NCBI RefSeq assembly: GCF_006345805.1
Contig: NC_043001.1
Span: 122,884,001 to 122,948,000, forward strand
Source of the DNA: Octopus sinensis
Lineage: Eukaryota
DNA: 64,000 bases
Direction: 5' to 3'
Positions 1 to 13,173 of the stretch are shown here, piece after piece. Position 1 is the first letter of the stretch, and every line of letters begins with the position of its first letter. Both the position numbers and the translations under genes were made by a program. The notes beneath the pieces were generated by a model that had not been told where the DNA came from, ran no database searches, and worked only from the letters and a program-made list of their open reading frames with translations.

Positions 1-201
1 ATGTATGTTCACATATATATTGTAATTAATAATATCAGGGTGATAAACATTATAGAAATTTTTACTAGCAGTGGCCTAGCGTATACAAAAATTAGTCAAT
101 AGACTATATATTATTCATATAAAATGTACACTGTATTTGATATATATATATATATATATATATTTATAATAGGATTAGCTCGTATACGAGTAGGTATATA
201 T

Positions 202-348
202 TTGTAAAAAATGAAGTTCGAAAATGCTGCTGTATTATACAATTTTTAATTTTTATATATACATTAAACAGGAACTGAAACATGTTATAATGTATATATA
301 AAAATTAAAAATTGTATAATACAGCAGCATTTTCGAACTTCATTTTTT

Positions 349-352
<4 letters not shown>
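202..352. repeat. Perfect palindrome (65-bp arms, 21-nt spacer), foldback MITE-like
   Basis: 202-266 is the exact reverse complement of 288-352, checked base by base. Confidence 0.85.
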
Positions 353-388
<36 letters not shown>

Positions 389-468
389 TACATACATACA
401 ACATACATACATATATATATATATACACACACCACACATATTATATAATATATATAATATATATATAT

Positions 469-504
<36 letters not shown>

Positions 505-716
505 CGGGGTGTCCCAGAAGTCGCGCACCATTCTGGTTTTCATTTAAAATAATTGAAGCATTTTATTTTATTTTATATTTTTTCTGCGTGTTTTATTGTA
601 GAGGGTGCTCAATTTAAGCATTTGCTACGATTAATTTCAATAAAGAGTTTTTGAAAATCAATAAGGGTGTAGTCTTTTAAAAAACCGGGATGGTGCGCGA
701 CTTCTGGGACACCATG
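505..716. mobile_element. Tc1/mariner-type MITE
   Basis: TIRs C(G/A)(G/T)GGTGTCCCAGAAGTCGCGCACCAT at both ends, flanked by TA (503-504 and 717-718). Confidence 0.85.
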
Positions 717-954
717 TATGTATATATATTATATATATATATATTATATATATACTATATATATATATATATAATTATATATATATATATTATATAATAT
801 AATATATATATATTATATATATTATATATATATATATAATACATTACATACAATATATATCAGAGATATGCATATGTGTGTTATAATTTACAAATTTAAT
901 TGGCTTTAAAAATTATTATCACATCAGATAACCGGTTCCGAGTATGTCCTGTGT

Positions 955-994
<40 letters not shown>

Positions 995-1376
995 ATGAAA
1001 TTAAAGCAAGTTCTGTAGCCACAAAATCTGAATTTCAGTTGTCTTAACCCGGAATCTTGTCAGCAGGGATGGACCGAAATACGAAACGTCGTGCATACTT
1101 GATAACTGATAACAAATGACTTTGATTTTGCTAAGATGCTACGATGTCGTCGTGAGAAAAGAATATAAGAAATAAGAGCACTCAGCGCAAACCTCTGCCA
1201 AATTAACACTCAACGATTAGCCGCAGATATCTGAAATACACTCGACTGTTCTCACAAATGAGAATACTAAAAATGAACCCAACCGCTCTCGAAAATTAAG
1301 TTTAAAAAAACGGAAAAATAATCCAGAATCCTTGTCCGGTACTTGATCGATACCAATGGTAGTCATGGAATGTGAA

Positions 1377-1593
1377 GGTGGGAGTGCTGAAAAGTTTCTG
1401 GCTTTAAGGATGTCGCAAAAGGCCTGATTGGAAAACCAGCCTTCCGATTTATTTTACGGCGCTTAGAAAAATTGAAAGACTGATGCAATAAGAGTGTGAA
1501 TCTGAGAAGGGAATATATTGAATAAAAATCATAATTGATTGATCCTCTTGCATTTTGTTTTACTCAAGCAAGGAAATTTTCAGTACCTCCTCG
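1377..1593. mobile_element. Mariner-type MITE (degenerate)
   Basis: Degenerate TIRs GGGAGTGCTGAAAAGTTTCTGGCTT (left) and the reverse complement of CGAGGAGGTACTGAAAATTTCCTTGCTT (right), followed by TA. Confidence 0.6.
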
Positions 1594-2504
1594 TACTCAT
1601 GCTTCACAGTATTCGCAGACTCGAATGGCTTGGAGATTTGGATTCTTTGATATCTTCTCACTTGATATGTCAAGTCGGTATCAAAATTCACTTGATAAAC
1701 CTTATATTAATGGAGTGATGATCCGTCCTCTCTGTCAGTAACCTTCTCTCTGAGATAGTTCTAATTCTTCAGCGCACTTTGTCTACGAGACAAAGAAAAA
1801 TGTAAAGAATAATAAGGGTGTAATTCTGATATTCTGTCACAAATCAAGCAATTGTCCTACACACTCCAATCTAATTGTACTCCAGAGCTTTTCGTTTATT
1901 GAATATCCATATTAACTGCATTGCTTCTTATTATTACACAAAAATCTATTATTTTATAGTAGCTGCAATACAAAAAATGTTGATAAGAATAACCTCATCG
2001 CATCGTCGGTTGCGTGGATTAACAAGGGATTCGTTCAGATCTTAGGTGGAGAGGTCTGTCCGCAAAATATTTTCCATCTTCCACCCAATACCGGTACAAC
2101 CAGCAATAAGCCTTCAACTTATTTTGTGAGGCGTGGGATGGGAGCCTCAAAGGATGCGGGGAACAACGGTTAGTGATTGAGGAATTGTCTCCTGGAAAGT
2201 GTAATAACGGTTGCTTTTGATAGAAGCTTGTGAGGAAGGTACATGAGGTCTCTATTCAAACGACCCTTCTAGGAATGGTGGGTGGATAAGATGAATGGAT
2301 GGACCTACAAGTTATGAAACAAAGATTCCGGCTCACAACACTAAAAGTACTGCAGTATCCTTAAACTTTTATTTCCGTTTTCTTTAGGGCTAATCCTCTC
2401 ATTTTCAGTACGATTCAATTTCGAAAGGGCTCCATGTATCTATGACATTCTTCCACAGACATAAACCCTTTTTTCTTTCACTTCTTACTGGATCTATTTT
2501 ATTT

Positions 2505-2816
2505 TTATTTATGCGCCCTTTTCAAGCCTAACCAGGCTCATGGGCCCGGTTTCACGGTTTCTGTGGCGTATGTGTTCACCCCCAGCTGGACGGGACGCCA
2601 GTCCATCGCAGCTTTACTGAAGAAACAGGAGGAAAGATTGAGATAATGTTGGGGCGAAAGAGTACAACAGGGGTCACTACCCACCGCCCTACCGGAGCCT
2701 CGTGGAGCTTTAGGTGTTTTCGCTCAATAAACACACACAATACCCGGTCTGGGAATCGAAACTGCGATCCTCCGACCGCGAGTCCGCTGCCCTAACCACT
2801 GGGCCATTGCGCCTCC
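2505..2816 (-). mobile_element. tRNA-derived SINE, family B (tail type 1)
   Basis: Minus-strand head GGAGGCGCAATGGCCCAGTGGTTAGGGCAGCGGACTCGCGG...GTTTCGATTCCC has A- and B-box-like motifs and is homologous to copies at 5783, 36618, 52593 and 62456. Confidence 0.85.
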
Positions 2817-3394
2817 ACTAATGAGAACGACTCTCTTCTGGGATTTCTCTCCTTAAATTCTTCCTGCAGCCGCCAATTTGGAACTGTTCAAGAGAAAGTG
2901 CGATCTTTTTAGTCTCATAGGGTCTGTGAAGGCATAGAGCCCAAACTCTTGCTCGAAAAAGCTACGCCACCAATAAAAAAAAAACGGGAATTTTTTTTTT
3001 CTCTTTGTGACATGTGTCTAAGGCAATAAAATAAATCTTTAAACATTTCATTTCAAAAGATCTAATCCTTCGTTATTGAATTTATTATGTAGTCTTCAGA
3101 CTGCCGTAGTCATGCAATTGTAACTAATCCACTCATATAATTGGTTCTTTTTTTATATTATATTTTTTTATGTTAATGTAATTAAATAATTAATGGTTCT
3201 CTTAATTTAATCCAACTAAATTGTTCGACAAATTGGTATGTATTAGCAACTTCCGATTTCAGTTTATTCTCAAAACATCTGGTGAATTATCTCCTTATTT
3301 TCCTTGCATTTGCTAATGTTAAATTCATGCAAACGCTATGATGTTACATACTAAGTTTAACTCTGATTCACCTTTGCACAAACCTTATGCAAAG

Positions 3395-4080
3395 GCGCAG
3401 GCGTGGCTGTGTGGTAACAAGTTTGCTTCCCAACCACATGGTTCCGAGTTCAGTCCCACTGCATAATAACTTGGGCAAATGTCTTCTGCTCAAACTTCGG
3501 GCCGATCAATGCCTTATGAGTAGATTTGGTAGACGGAAACTGAAAGAAGCCTGTCGTATATATATATATATATATATAGGTTAGTGCAAAAGTAGGTATA
3601 CAATTATGAAAAAGAATACACGTACAATACACGTACAATTTATTTTTATCAAAAAATTAAAAGTTACGATAAAAGAATTATTATAGTTATGATAAATGTA
3701 TTATGATTAATAGCACTAAAAATATCAAATGAGGCTAACTAATTTAATGTGCTAATAATTTTAATTAATTAGTTATAAAATTAATGATTTTAATGAATTA
3801 AGAATTTAGAAATTTATGTGATACTTACTGTATACCACACATACACCACACACACACACACACACGCGCACACACACACACACACACACACTGAATATGT
3901 GTGTTCCTTTGTGTCTGTGTTTGTCCCCCACCACCGCTTGACAACTAGTGTTGGTTCGTTTACGTCCGCGTAACTTAGCAAAAGAGACCGACTTAAAGAA
4001 ATAAATAAGTACTGGGATCGACTCATTCGACTATAATTTCAGCATGGCGGCAGTCTGATGACTGAAACGGATGAAAGAGA
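3395..4080 (+). mobile_element. SINE family C copy with expanded/interrupted internal microsatellite region
   Basis: Head GGCGTGGCTGTGTGGTAA...GGTTCCGAGTTCAGTCCC (3395-3558) and tail ...CAGTCTGATGACTGAAAC (3900-4070), separated by TA/CA repeats and AT-rich DNA. Confidence 0.75.
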
Positions 4081-4098
4081 TGTGTTCCCTTAGCTTAA

Positions 4099-4330
4099 CC
4101 CTTTGTGTTTTTTTTTTCTTGTGTAGAACAGGACATACTTCCCTGATGTCCATGTGCCCTAAATGACACACGTTCCCAATTTTTTTGCAATCACCACATT
4201 AAAATTGGACTTAAATGATAGGAGAGCTTTATATTACTCAAAGTCTGTAAGACAAAAGCTAGCTAAAAGTCTGACAACAAGCATGGGTGATTCAGACAAA
4301 TTTATGAAAATGCCTTGGACAGGCAACGGG
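4099..4330. mobile_element. piggyBac-type MITE
   Basis: TTAA at 4095-4098 and 4331-4334, with CCCTTTG.../...CAACGGG termini. Related copies lie at 37080-37286, 51050-51408 and about 60880-61130. Confidence 0.7.
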
Positions 4331-5020
4331 TTAAGTATTTATTAAAGAAAACTATTATATACAGCTTTGTTTAATAAAATTCAAATATGAATAATCGAGA
4401 TTATAAGATAAACATTTGCAATATATTTTCATTCTTTAAATTCATAAAGAGAAAACTCATGGAATTAATTTCGAGAAGTCAACAATAAAAGTTCGATATT
4501 TTTTTTTTTTAGTCTGAAATAAAAAAAATATACGAAACGTTATTGCAGATGAAAACGATTTTTATTGCTCCCGGACGAATAAGACAAAATAAATGTAATG
4601 GGGATTATTAAATAGGCATAACTATATAATTGGTACTCACTAAAAAAAAAAATTTGACTGCAGGCTTACTTTTAATTTGGTATTTACCTAAGATAGAACG
4701 CTGCCAAACACGGTGGTACATATCCTACTTGATCTCTGAATCTGCTTGAAATAACAACCAAATCTACCACAAACCATTCTCTGTGATGTTAAAAAATTAA
4801 TGGAAGCAGACATTAGATAACAGTTCTGTACATACAGTTAGAACGCCTTTGATCATAAGCCTGTTAGATAGACTTCAGCATCAACAGTTTTTTTTCGTTG
4901 CATATATAATATATATATATATTATATATATATATGTATGTATATAAATATAATATATATATCTAAATAATATATATTATATCTAAATATATATATATAA
5001 TATATATAATATACATATAT

Positions 5021-5100
<80 letters not shown>

Positions 5101-5118
5101 TGTGTATGTATATAAATA

Positions 5119-5167
<49 letters not shown>

Positions 5168-5647
5168 TTAGATTACGATATCCGTTTTGCTAAGTATTTT
5201 TTTTTTTCACTTTTTCAACTTATTTCTTTTCTTCCATTGAAAACTACTAGTGGGACAATATTTCCTACTAATTAAATTACATGTGACTTCTGCTGTTGTT
5301 GCTGTTTCCTTGCATAAAGTTAATGTCTTGCTGTGCCCTTGGTATTAATAAGAATCTCGAAACTAGTTAGAATGAGCAGTTGATAAAGATATATAATATT
5401 TTCTGAAGCGAAATGATATCTGGCATACAAGTTTTTTTTTTTTTTTCTCTGGTGAGACCCAATATTAGGTTATTGCACTCGTTATTTCTAGCTTAATGAA
5501 GGCGGTGCGCTAACAAAATCGTTAGTACACCAGGCAAAATGCTTAGAGCATTTCGCCCGTCTTTATTTTTTTTAGTTCAACTACGCCAAGATCGACTTTG
5601 CCTTTTATCTTTTTGTGGTCGATGAAATAAGTACCAGTTGAGCACTA

Positions 5648-6034
5648 AAGTATAAAAAATAAATGCGCCCTTTTTAAAGTGTTTTGCTCAAGAACACAAC
5701 GCGTTGCCGGTCTAGGAATCGAAGCCACAATCTTACGATCATGATGCTGACACCCTAACCACTAAGCCACGCACCTCCACAAATAAATGCGCCCTTTTAA
5801 AGCGTAGCCAGACTCATGGGTTCAGTTTCCCCGTTTCAATGGCGTATGTGTTCCCCAGCTGGACGGGACGGCAGTCCATCGCAACGTTACTCATTTTTGC
5901 CAGCTGAGTGGACAGGAGCAACGTGAAATGAAGTGTTTTGCTCAAGAACACAACGCGTCGCCCGGTCCAGGAATCGAAACCACAATCTTACGATCATGAT
6001 GCTGACACCTTAACCACTAAGCTACACGCTTCCA
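5648..6034 (-). mobile_element. Dimeric SINE family B insertion inside a family A SINE
   Basis: One full and one internally deleted copy sit between a single 13-bp TSD, CAGTTGAGCACTA (5635-5647 and 6035-6047). Confidence 0.85.
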
Positions 6035-6256
6035 CAGTTGAGCACTAGGCTCGATATAATCGATTTATCTCCTCTCCAAAATTCCAGGCTTTGTGCCTGT
6101 AGTAGAGAGGATATTTCTAGCTTAATGAGACGGCAATTGATATAAGTGCATTATTTCCATTAAAATTTTAGTTTCAATTTTATTTTTGAAAGAGTAAATT
6201 ATCAACTGCTCCTGATCCGTATCAGCCATTTTGTAAATAATATCTTATATTTTGAA

Positions 6257-6835
6257 GGCGGAGAGTTGGCAGAAACGTTAGCATGCCGGGTGAACTGCTA
6301 AGGGGTATTTCGTCCGCCGCTGCGTTATAAGTTCAAATTCCACCGAGGTCGACTTTGCCTTTCATCCTTTCGGAGTCGATAAATTAAGTACCAGTTACGC
6401 ACTGAGGTCGATGAAATCGACTCAATCCGTTTGTCTATCCTTGTTTGTCCCCTCTGTGTTTAGCCCCTTGTGGGTAATAAAGAAATAAGAATCGTTAGCA
6501 CGCCGGGCGAACTGCTTAGGGGTATTTCGTCTGTCTTTAAGTTCTGTGTTCAAATTCCACCGAAGTCGACTTTGCCTTTTATCCTTTCGGCGTCGATGAA
6601 TTAAGTACCAGTTGCATACTGGGTCGATCTAATCGATTACCTCCTCCCCTAGAATCGTTTGCACGTTAGATAACATGTGTAACAACATTTCTTCTGGATT
6701 TTTGTGTTTCGAGTTCAAATGTCGCCGAGGCCGACTTTGCTTTTCCGCCATTTAAGTTGATAAAATAAACACCAGTTGAGCATTGGAGTCGTTGTAATCG
6801 ACTTCCCCTCAAAATTGCTAATTTTTGCCAAAATG
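6257..6835 (+). mobile_element. Cluster of three tRNA-derived SINE family A units
   Basis: Head GGCGGAGAGTTGGCAGAAACGTTAGCA and B-box GTTCAAATTCC, followed by the repeated body GTCGACTTTGCCTTTCATCCTTTCGG...AAGTACCAGTT. Confidence 0.85.
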
Positions 6836-7053
6836 ATAAAGGATATTTCTATCTTAATGTTCTAAGAATGAATAATAAAAAAACATGTAGCCACGGTGCA
6901 AAAGTCATAAAATGTGTACTATTAATTTACTTTGACCTCTGTCACAATATATGACTTGTTTGTTGTCCAAGAGAACAATATGAATTTTATTCTGATGGCT
7001 GAGGTGGGGTGTTTTTAATAGAAGTGTTATACCAGTAGTCTATGATTTGAATT

Positions 7054-7380
7054 GTGAAGGTGCGTGGCTTAGTGGTTAGGGCATTCGGCTCACGACTGTA
7101 GGGTCGTGAGTTCCATTCCTGGCGACGCGTTGTGTCCTTGAGCAAGACAATTTATTTCACGTTGCTCCAGTCCACTCAGCTGGCAAAAATGGGATGTACC
7201 TGTATTTCAAAGGGCCAGCCTTGTCACACTCAGTGTGTCCCGCTGAATCTCCCTGAGAACTACGTTAGGGGCACACGTGTCTGTAGATTGCTCAGTCACT
7301 TGCACGTTAATTTCACGAGCAAGCTGTTCCGTTGATCGTATCAGCTGGGACCCTCGTCGTCGTAACCGACGAAGTGCTCC
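7054..7380 (+). mobile_element. tRNA-derived SINE family B (tail type 2), full length
   Basis: tRNA-like head GTGGCTTAGTGGTTAGGGCATTCGG...GAGTTCCATTCC. 12-bp TSD ATGATTTGAATT at 7042-7053 and 7381-7392. Confidence 0.9.
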
Positions 7381-7959
7381 ATGATTTGAATTATTAGTTT
7401 CAAATAAATTTTGTCTATTGGTGGTTCACGTTTTTTCTTTTTTTCTTTCCATTAAATGGACTTTCCTTCTGTAATCATTATATATTGTGGTTACTCTAGC
7501 ATAATATGTCATAGGAAGGCAGCATGCAGAGAGCATTTCTGAAAAGCTACACATGATTTTGCTGATAACTCCTGCACTGGTGTAAAAAAAAAAAATAACC
7601 TAGTTAATACAGTTATTAACAAAACAAAAATAAGTTAATCAGTTAGCAGTGCAGTTTGTGTATATTTCAGGGCAAAAAACTGAGAGTTCCTCTTCATGAA
7701 AGCTAATATTTACATTAGTTATCGAGAAGTATTTTCTCGGACTTAAAGTTCCGAGATAAAATAATAATTGAAACGCTGCTGAAAGTTACGGGCAGGAAAT
7801 AGAGGTAAGCAACTACCCAAGGGTGCAAGGAACTGCAGCACTCCGGAAATACATGTGTGAATGTTGAAAACTAATCTAAGATAAAAGTAAACGGTAGAAA
7901 AAATATATGAAAATTGAAAATATTACATTACATACAAAATATAACATATTTTGTTCTAC

Positions 7960-8348
7960 TCTAAGCACAAGGCCCGAAATTTTAGGGGAGGAGGCAGTCG
8001 ATTAGATCGACCCCAGTTCGCAACTGGTACTTAATTTATCGACGCCGAAAGGATAAAAGGCAAAGTCGACTTCGACGGAATTTGAACTCAGAACGTAACG
8101 GCAGACGAAATACCTATTTCTTAACTACCCACAAGGGGCTAAACACAGAGAGGACAAATAAGGACAGACAAACGGATTGAGTCGATTTCATCGACCCCAG
8201 TGCGTAACTGATACTTAATTTATCTACCCTGAAAGGATAAAAGGCAAAGTCGACTTCGGCGGAATTTGAACTCAGAACGTAAAGACAGACGAAATACCCC
8301 TTAGCAGTTCGCCTGGCATGCTAACGTTTCTGCCAGATCGCCGCCTTC
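7960..8348 (-). mobile_element. SINE family A, tandem pair
   Basis: Two reverse-complement copies of the family A body, with the head ending at 8348. Confidence 0.85.
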
Positions 8349-9319
8349 AAAATATAAGATATTATTTACAAAATGGCTGATACTGATCAGGAGCAGTTGG
8401 TAATTTACTCTTTCAAAAATAAAATTGAAACTGAAATTTTAATGGAAATAATGCACTTATATCAATTATATGAATCCTTTGCTTGTCCAAGACAATTTTA
8501 TAAGTTTGCCCTAAACGTCGATGTCTGTTCTCAGACTTATAGTAGCCCTCGTTTCTTTTTTACGTTCTGAATAATATAGAGCTTATCTCATACATTCATA
8601 ACACATCATATATATATCATAAATAGGTCCTGTGTATCACAAGTCATACGCGGGACAGGCAAAGGATTAAGATATATCAGAAGGAGGACTGATTCAGGAA
8701 ATCAAAGTATAGTTATGTTTTAAACATTTTATACTGATATAAGACGCTAAAGATTATCTATATCCCAAATCACCCAAATAACTACAAATACGTAAAATTT
8801 GTGATGAGACTTAGTACTGCAAATTGTCCTTGTGGTTCTTGTTATCTAACCCTTGGTCAACCACGATCGAGGATGCCTCTATTCGCGGACATTTTAGCTA
8901 TAACCACTCCATCTTTTATTCAGACAGTATATCTAGGATTACATCATTTCAACAATTACATTGTGAAAGACATTTTAGCCGTTCAAAGATACTAAAACAA
9001 TTGACTTCACTGAAATATTTATTATTTGGTGTCAAACTTTTCGTCGCAATAACTGAGTTGGTCACAAACACGGTTTCGCTGCAGTGGGACATTTTGACAC
9101 CAGATAATATTTTCTACTCTAAGCACAATGCCTGAACTTTTGGTGGAGTGGGGACAGCCGATTAGATCGATGCCAGTACGCAACTGGTTCTTAATTTATC
9201 GACTCCGAAAGGATGAAAGGCAAAGTCTACCTGGGCGGATTTGAACTCAGAATGTAAGCATTTTTCCCGGCGTGCTAATGTTTCTTGATTTTTTATGTGT
9301 TTGGCTTCGAGGTTCTGGT

Positions 9320-9480
9320 TCAACACCAGTCTCTTGGCATTCACTTGAGCCGCAGAGCCGATTCGTATTACTTCCTTTAAGTCCTTAACTAGAGCTGATT
9401 CCCTTCTAGCCTCTCTAGCCACTAAACCTATGCTATATCTAATAGACTCATATTTAATGGCTCGCTTAAATAGCATTCCT
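9320..9480 (-). mobile_element. L1/Tx1-clade LINE ORF2 fragment
   Basis: Minus translation LFKRAIKYESIRYSIGLVAREARRESALVKDLKEVIRIGSA resembles the post-endonuclease linker of Tx1-type ORF2 (recognition from memory). Confidence 0.5.
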
Positions 9481-9514
9481 GGTCAATTTAGAAATTTGGA
9501 AACAAATATTGTTA

Positions 9515-10290
9515 TGTTTTGGAGCCGAGTTTTTGGATCTTATCCATCGAGTGAATGTGACGGGTGATAGTATCATGATAACATACTATTTGAGTTAATT
9601 CTCTTGTGGATTGACGTGCATCCTCGTTTGGTGAGCTCCTAACTGAACTGAATAGGTCCGTTGGAACGCGGAGAGTTTCTGAGGTCGAATTTCCCCTCCT
9701 TGGATAGTGAAAGCAATTTCTATGCAATTCTGTCTGTTATAACGCCATTCTTGTACACGATACCAACGTCTCGAGCGATTTTGGCAGCTTTGGAACCCTG
9801 ATTGAAAGCAAAGAGAAACAGGCATAAAAAATGCTCATTGTTTTTCTTCTTGGAATTCTATCTAAAAACAGGCAAAATTTATTCAAATTTTCAATTTTAG
9901 TTTATGTACTGCCGAAGCTCGTGCAAAAATTTATTCAAAAAGTTGTTGAGGAGAATAGAGTTACAAAATGAACGTAAAACACCACGATAGAAATATTTTT
10001 CGTGTTAATTCAAATAACATCGGAAAGAAACGAACGAATTTGCTTGACAATCCAACATGTATTTTAACGGTAAGGTTTTATTTAATGGCGATTTGGCCAA
10101 CGAGTGCTACACATTGAGAGCAAGCGGAAATTTTTGAACAAGGAACTCTTCAGACATTATACTGACATTTTTTTCGAATCGGCTAACGCCTGTCTTATTT
10201 GGGACATCATTACATGTGAAAAGTCAATGAGAAACATTCAGAATATTTTCGATAAAAGTGATAGAACCTCGCAGACACAACTATTTTAGA
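9515..10290 (-). mobile_element. Mariner transposon relic (5' part, transposase N-terminal HTH region), frameshifted
   Basis: Minus frames give HFLCLFLFAFNQGSKAAKIARDVGIVYKNGVITDRIA...GKFDL..SPRS, then EDARQSTRELTQIVCYHDTITRHIHSMDKIQKLG, which are typical mariner DNA-binding segments. Confidence 0.8.
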
Positions 10291-11879
10291 TAAGTTAAAT
10301 TCGTTTTCTACCGTCATTTGATTTTGTTTCCCATAAATTCTGACTTAAAACTCAACTGCGTAAATACGGGATTTTATTTGCGTTATAAATTTGTTTGTGT
10401 TATAAATTGCGTAACAAATACTCTAGATTAAAAACTACTGAAGTTTAACCTGGGGGAAATAAAATTGAGAATTATGGTGCGGGGAGTACATATTTCAATT
10501 GAATTTTTTACTTAATGGGAAGTACCAAGAACATATCAATTGAATACATATTTTTATTGAGGATTGTTTTAAGAAAAAACAACTCTCAATAATTTGAGAA
10601 CATTGTTTTGTTCTCATTTCTCAGATTGCTGCTGTCCAAACAAAAGACGAAAACAAATATATCAGGCTAAATAGAAAAACAAATTTAGAGTTTGTTTTAA
10701 ACTGTTTATTCTGTCGAAGATGTAATATTGTTTTCGTGGTGATCCTGTTCTTTTCAGAATGTTTTGGAGATGGCCAACTTGAATCATTTCTCATTGTAAC
10801 TCTCACTTCAATGGATGATTTAAAAATCAACGACGTAACGAGGAAGTCAGAAAAAAAAAACAGACCAACTTCCAGTACCCATCACCCTCTGGGACATATC
10901 GTAAGGCTCCCGACGAACCTCAGAGACAACGGTGCAAGAGATATCTCAGATGAACTCGCACCAGACGATCGATTGGGACCTTCAGCCAGCTAAACCTACG
11001 ATAGAACGACGTCCTGAGGGTGACTGCTAAGCAGTCTTGCGGGACTACTTTGACTGGCGCATGAGTCACCCGACACGGAAGCACCTATGTCTAAGTTATA
11101 TAAAAATTACTGAAATATCCATAAAATATATATTAAACACAAATAAATTTATATGAAACCCTTTAACAACTAAGTCAGTTGGGCTATTTATAGTTCAGTG
11201 TCTCTACCAGAAATTATGACTAGTTACCAATTTATGGCATTAGGGATATGCTAGCTTATGTTCTTCAAGATAAAAGTGCTCCATGTGCTTCACTTGAACG
11301 ATTAACATTATTTGAATACTCTGTTAACACGACCACCGAGTAGAGATGATAACGATATTCCAAATGCAAAATAAAATGTTCCACCAAATTACTTCTAAAC
11401 ACAGGCCTGATGACCTAAGTCTTCATAGAAATTGCAAATTCCAGATAAAGATATCCTGCAATTTCAACTCCGATTGAAACATTAATTTTATATTGGAGGA
11501 ATGACACCAAGACATTCCACGAAGTAATGGCGTACTGTGATCAAATTCGGAAGCACATGGTTGCGAGAAGCCAATGTTCTCAGACAGGTATGCCTCCACC
11601 TGCATATACATGTGTGTGTGTACATGCACACACACGCACCCCCCCCCCCACACACACACATACATATATATATACATATATGAAATTTAAAGAAAACAGA
11701 AAATGGAGAAGTACTAATAAACGACAATTGACTTACATCAATTATTATTTATTAATTCAATGCCAATAGACTGCATCCCATCTAACAGCTGTTTCTGTTT
11801 CCAATGTTGTATGGTATTGCTACTGATGTGCAAAAATATGTAAGAATATTAATCATATTTGGTAAAAGAATCGATCTGA

Positions 11880-12355
11880 AACAAGGAGCTTCATCGGATT
11901 GAAGAATAAATAAAAAGGAAGAACATAGAGAAGAAAAGGGGTAATTTGAATGTGGTTGTAATCATGCCATTTTGCTTGTGTGTCTCTTTGGAACTTAACG
12001 TCTCTCTGGCTGAAAGAAGTAGAACAAAAAAAAATGCCATTTTAATCCCAAGCAAGGCCGGGTATTTCTCTGTTAGTAAATACACGTATATATATTTACA
12101 TACATATGTATGCATATATATAAATATATACATATATATATACATATACATATACATAAATAAATATATATATATATTTAGACCTATATATATATACGTA
12201 TATATATACATATATACATATGCATATATATATACATATATATATACATATATATACATATATATACATATACATATATATATATATATATGCATACATA
12301 TATACAAACAATATATACACATATATACATGCATATATACACACATATACATACA
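11880..12355. repeat. SINE-like fragment followed by a long degenerate (TA/CA)n microsatellite
   Basis: Low-complexity TATA/TACA array at about 12085-12355, and the source of several spurious ORFs. Confidence 0.7.
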
Positions 12356-12749
12356 CTAGCAGTATCGCCCGGCGTTGCTCGGGTTTGTAAGGGAAATAAT
12401 TATATAAGCATTTTTAGAGATGTAAAGTATAATAGCCATCTCAATATAGCTAACCACAAAGGGGGAGGGGTGTTACTGTAGCTTTTTACGTTCTGAGATT
12501 TAATAATAAATTTTGAGAGTTACTTCCCTTATATATGTCAAAAATGGATTAAAAATGGGAAAAATTGATGGTAAATTTTTTTTTAAATCGTAGACTCATC
12601 GTAGACGCGCGCTAATACCCAGACGGTCTCGATATGAATCACGACTATAAGATACCCGGTTTTGGTTAAACTGCACCGCAAAATGTGGGAGTAGTTAGGA
12701 ATCTAAATCGTAGGAGACAGACACACAACCTCACTTTTATATATAAAGA
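12356..12749 (-). mobile_element. Non-autonomous Helitron
   Basis: The minus strand begins A|TCTTTATATATAAAAGTG (12749) and ends with the hairpin CCCGAGCAACGCCGGG, then GATACTG-CTAG|T (12356). These are the canonical 5'TC and 3'CTAG termini at an AT insertion site. Confidence 0.88.
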
Positions 12750-12812
12750 TTTCCTCTATTTACATAATATTGAGGTCTCTTTCTTTCTTTTGTTATCTTA
12801 CTGTTTTTACCA

Positions 12813-12853
<41 letters not shown>

Positions 12854-12910
12854 CAGAGATGTACTTGCATAGCAAGTACTTGATCTGAGATCGTGTGCTG
12901 GAACGAAAAC

Positions 12911-13173
12911 ATTGCAGCGTTGAAGGTGTTTATAAGCCATTTAAGAAACACACAAAAAAACCGTCAGATTCACTTCAACATTTAAATTAATTTGTCAAAA
13001 TATTTTCGTCGCTTTGAAACCGCGACCTGTTAGCCACGATATTTTTGTCAGTGAACAGGTCGCGGTCACAAAGCGACGAAAATATTTTGGCAAATTAAAT
13101 TTAAATGTTGAAGTGAATGTAACGGTTTTTGTGTGTTTCTTAAATGGCTTACAAACACCTTCCACGCTGCAAT
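12911..13173. repeat. Foldback element with about 120-bp imperfect inverted arms and a 22-nt loop
   Basis: ATTGCAGCGT...CGCGACCTGTT (12911-13031) mirrors AACAGGTCGCG...ACGCTGCAAT (13054-13173). Confidence 0.85.

Noticed and set aside
1040-1100. GAAACGTCGTGCA resembling a hammerhead 3' half
   Set aside because: No upstream CUGANGA box or complementary stem I strand.
10830-11080. Possible RTE-like 3' fragment (LGHIVRLP...)
   Set aside because: The motif match was too weak to call without a search.
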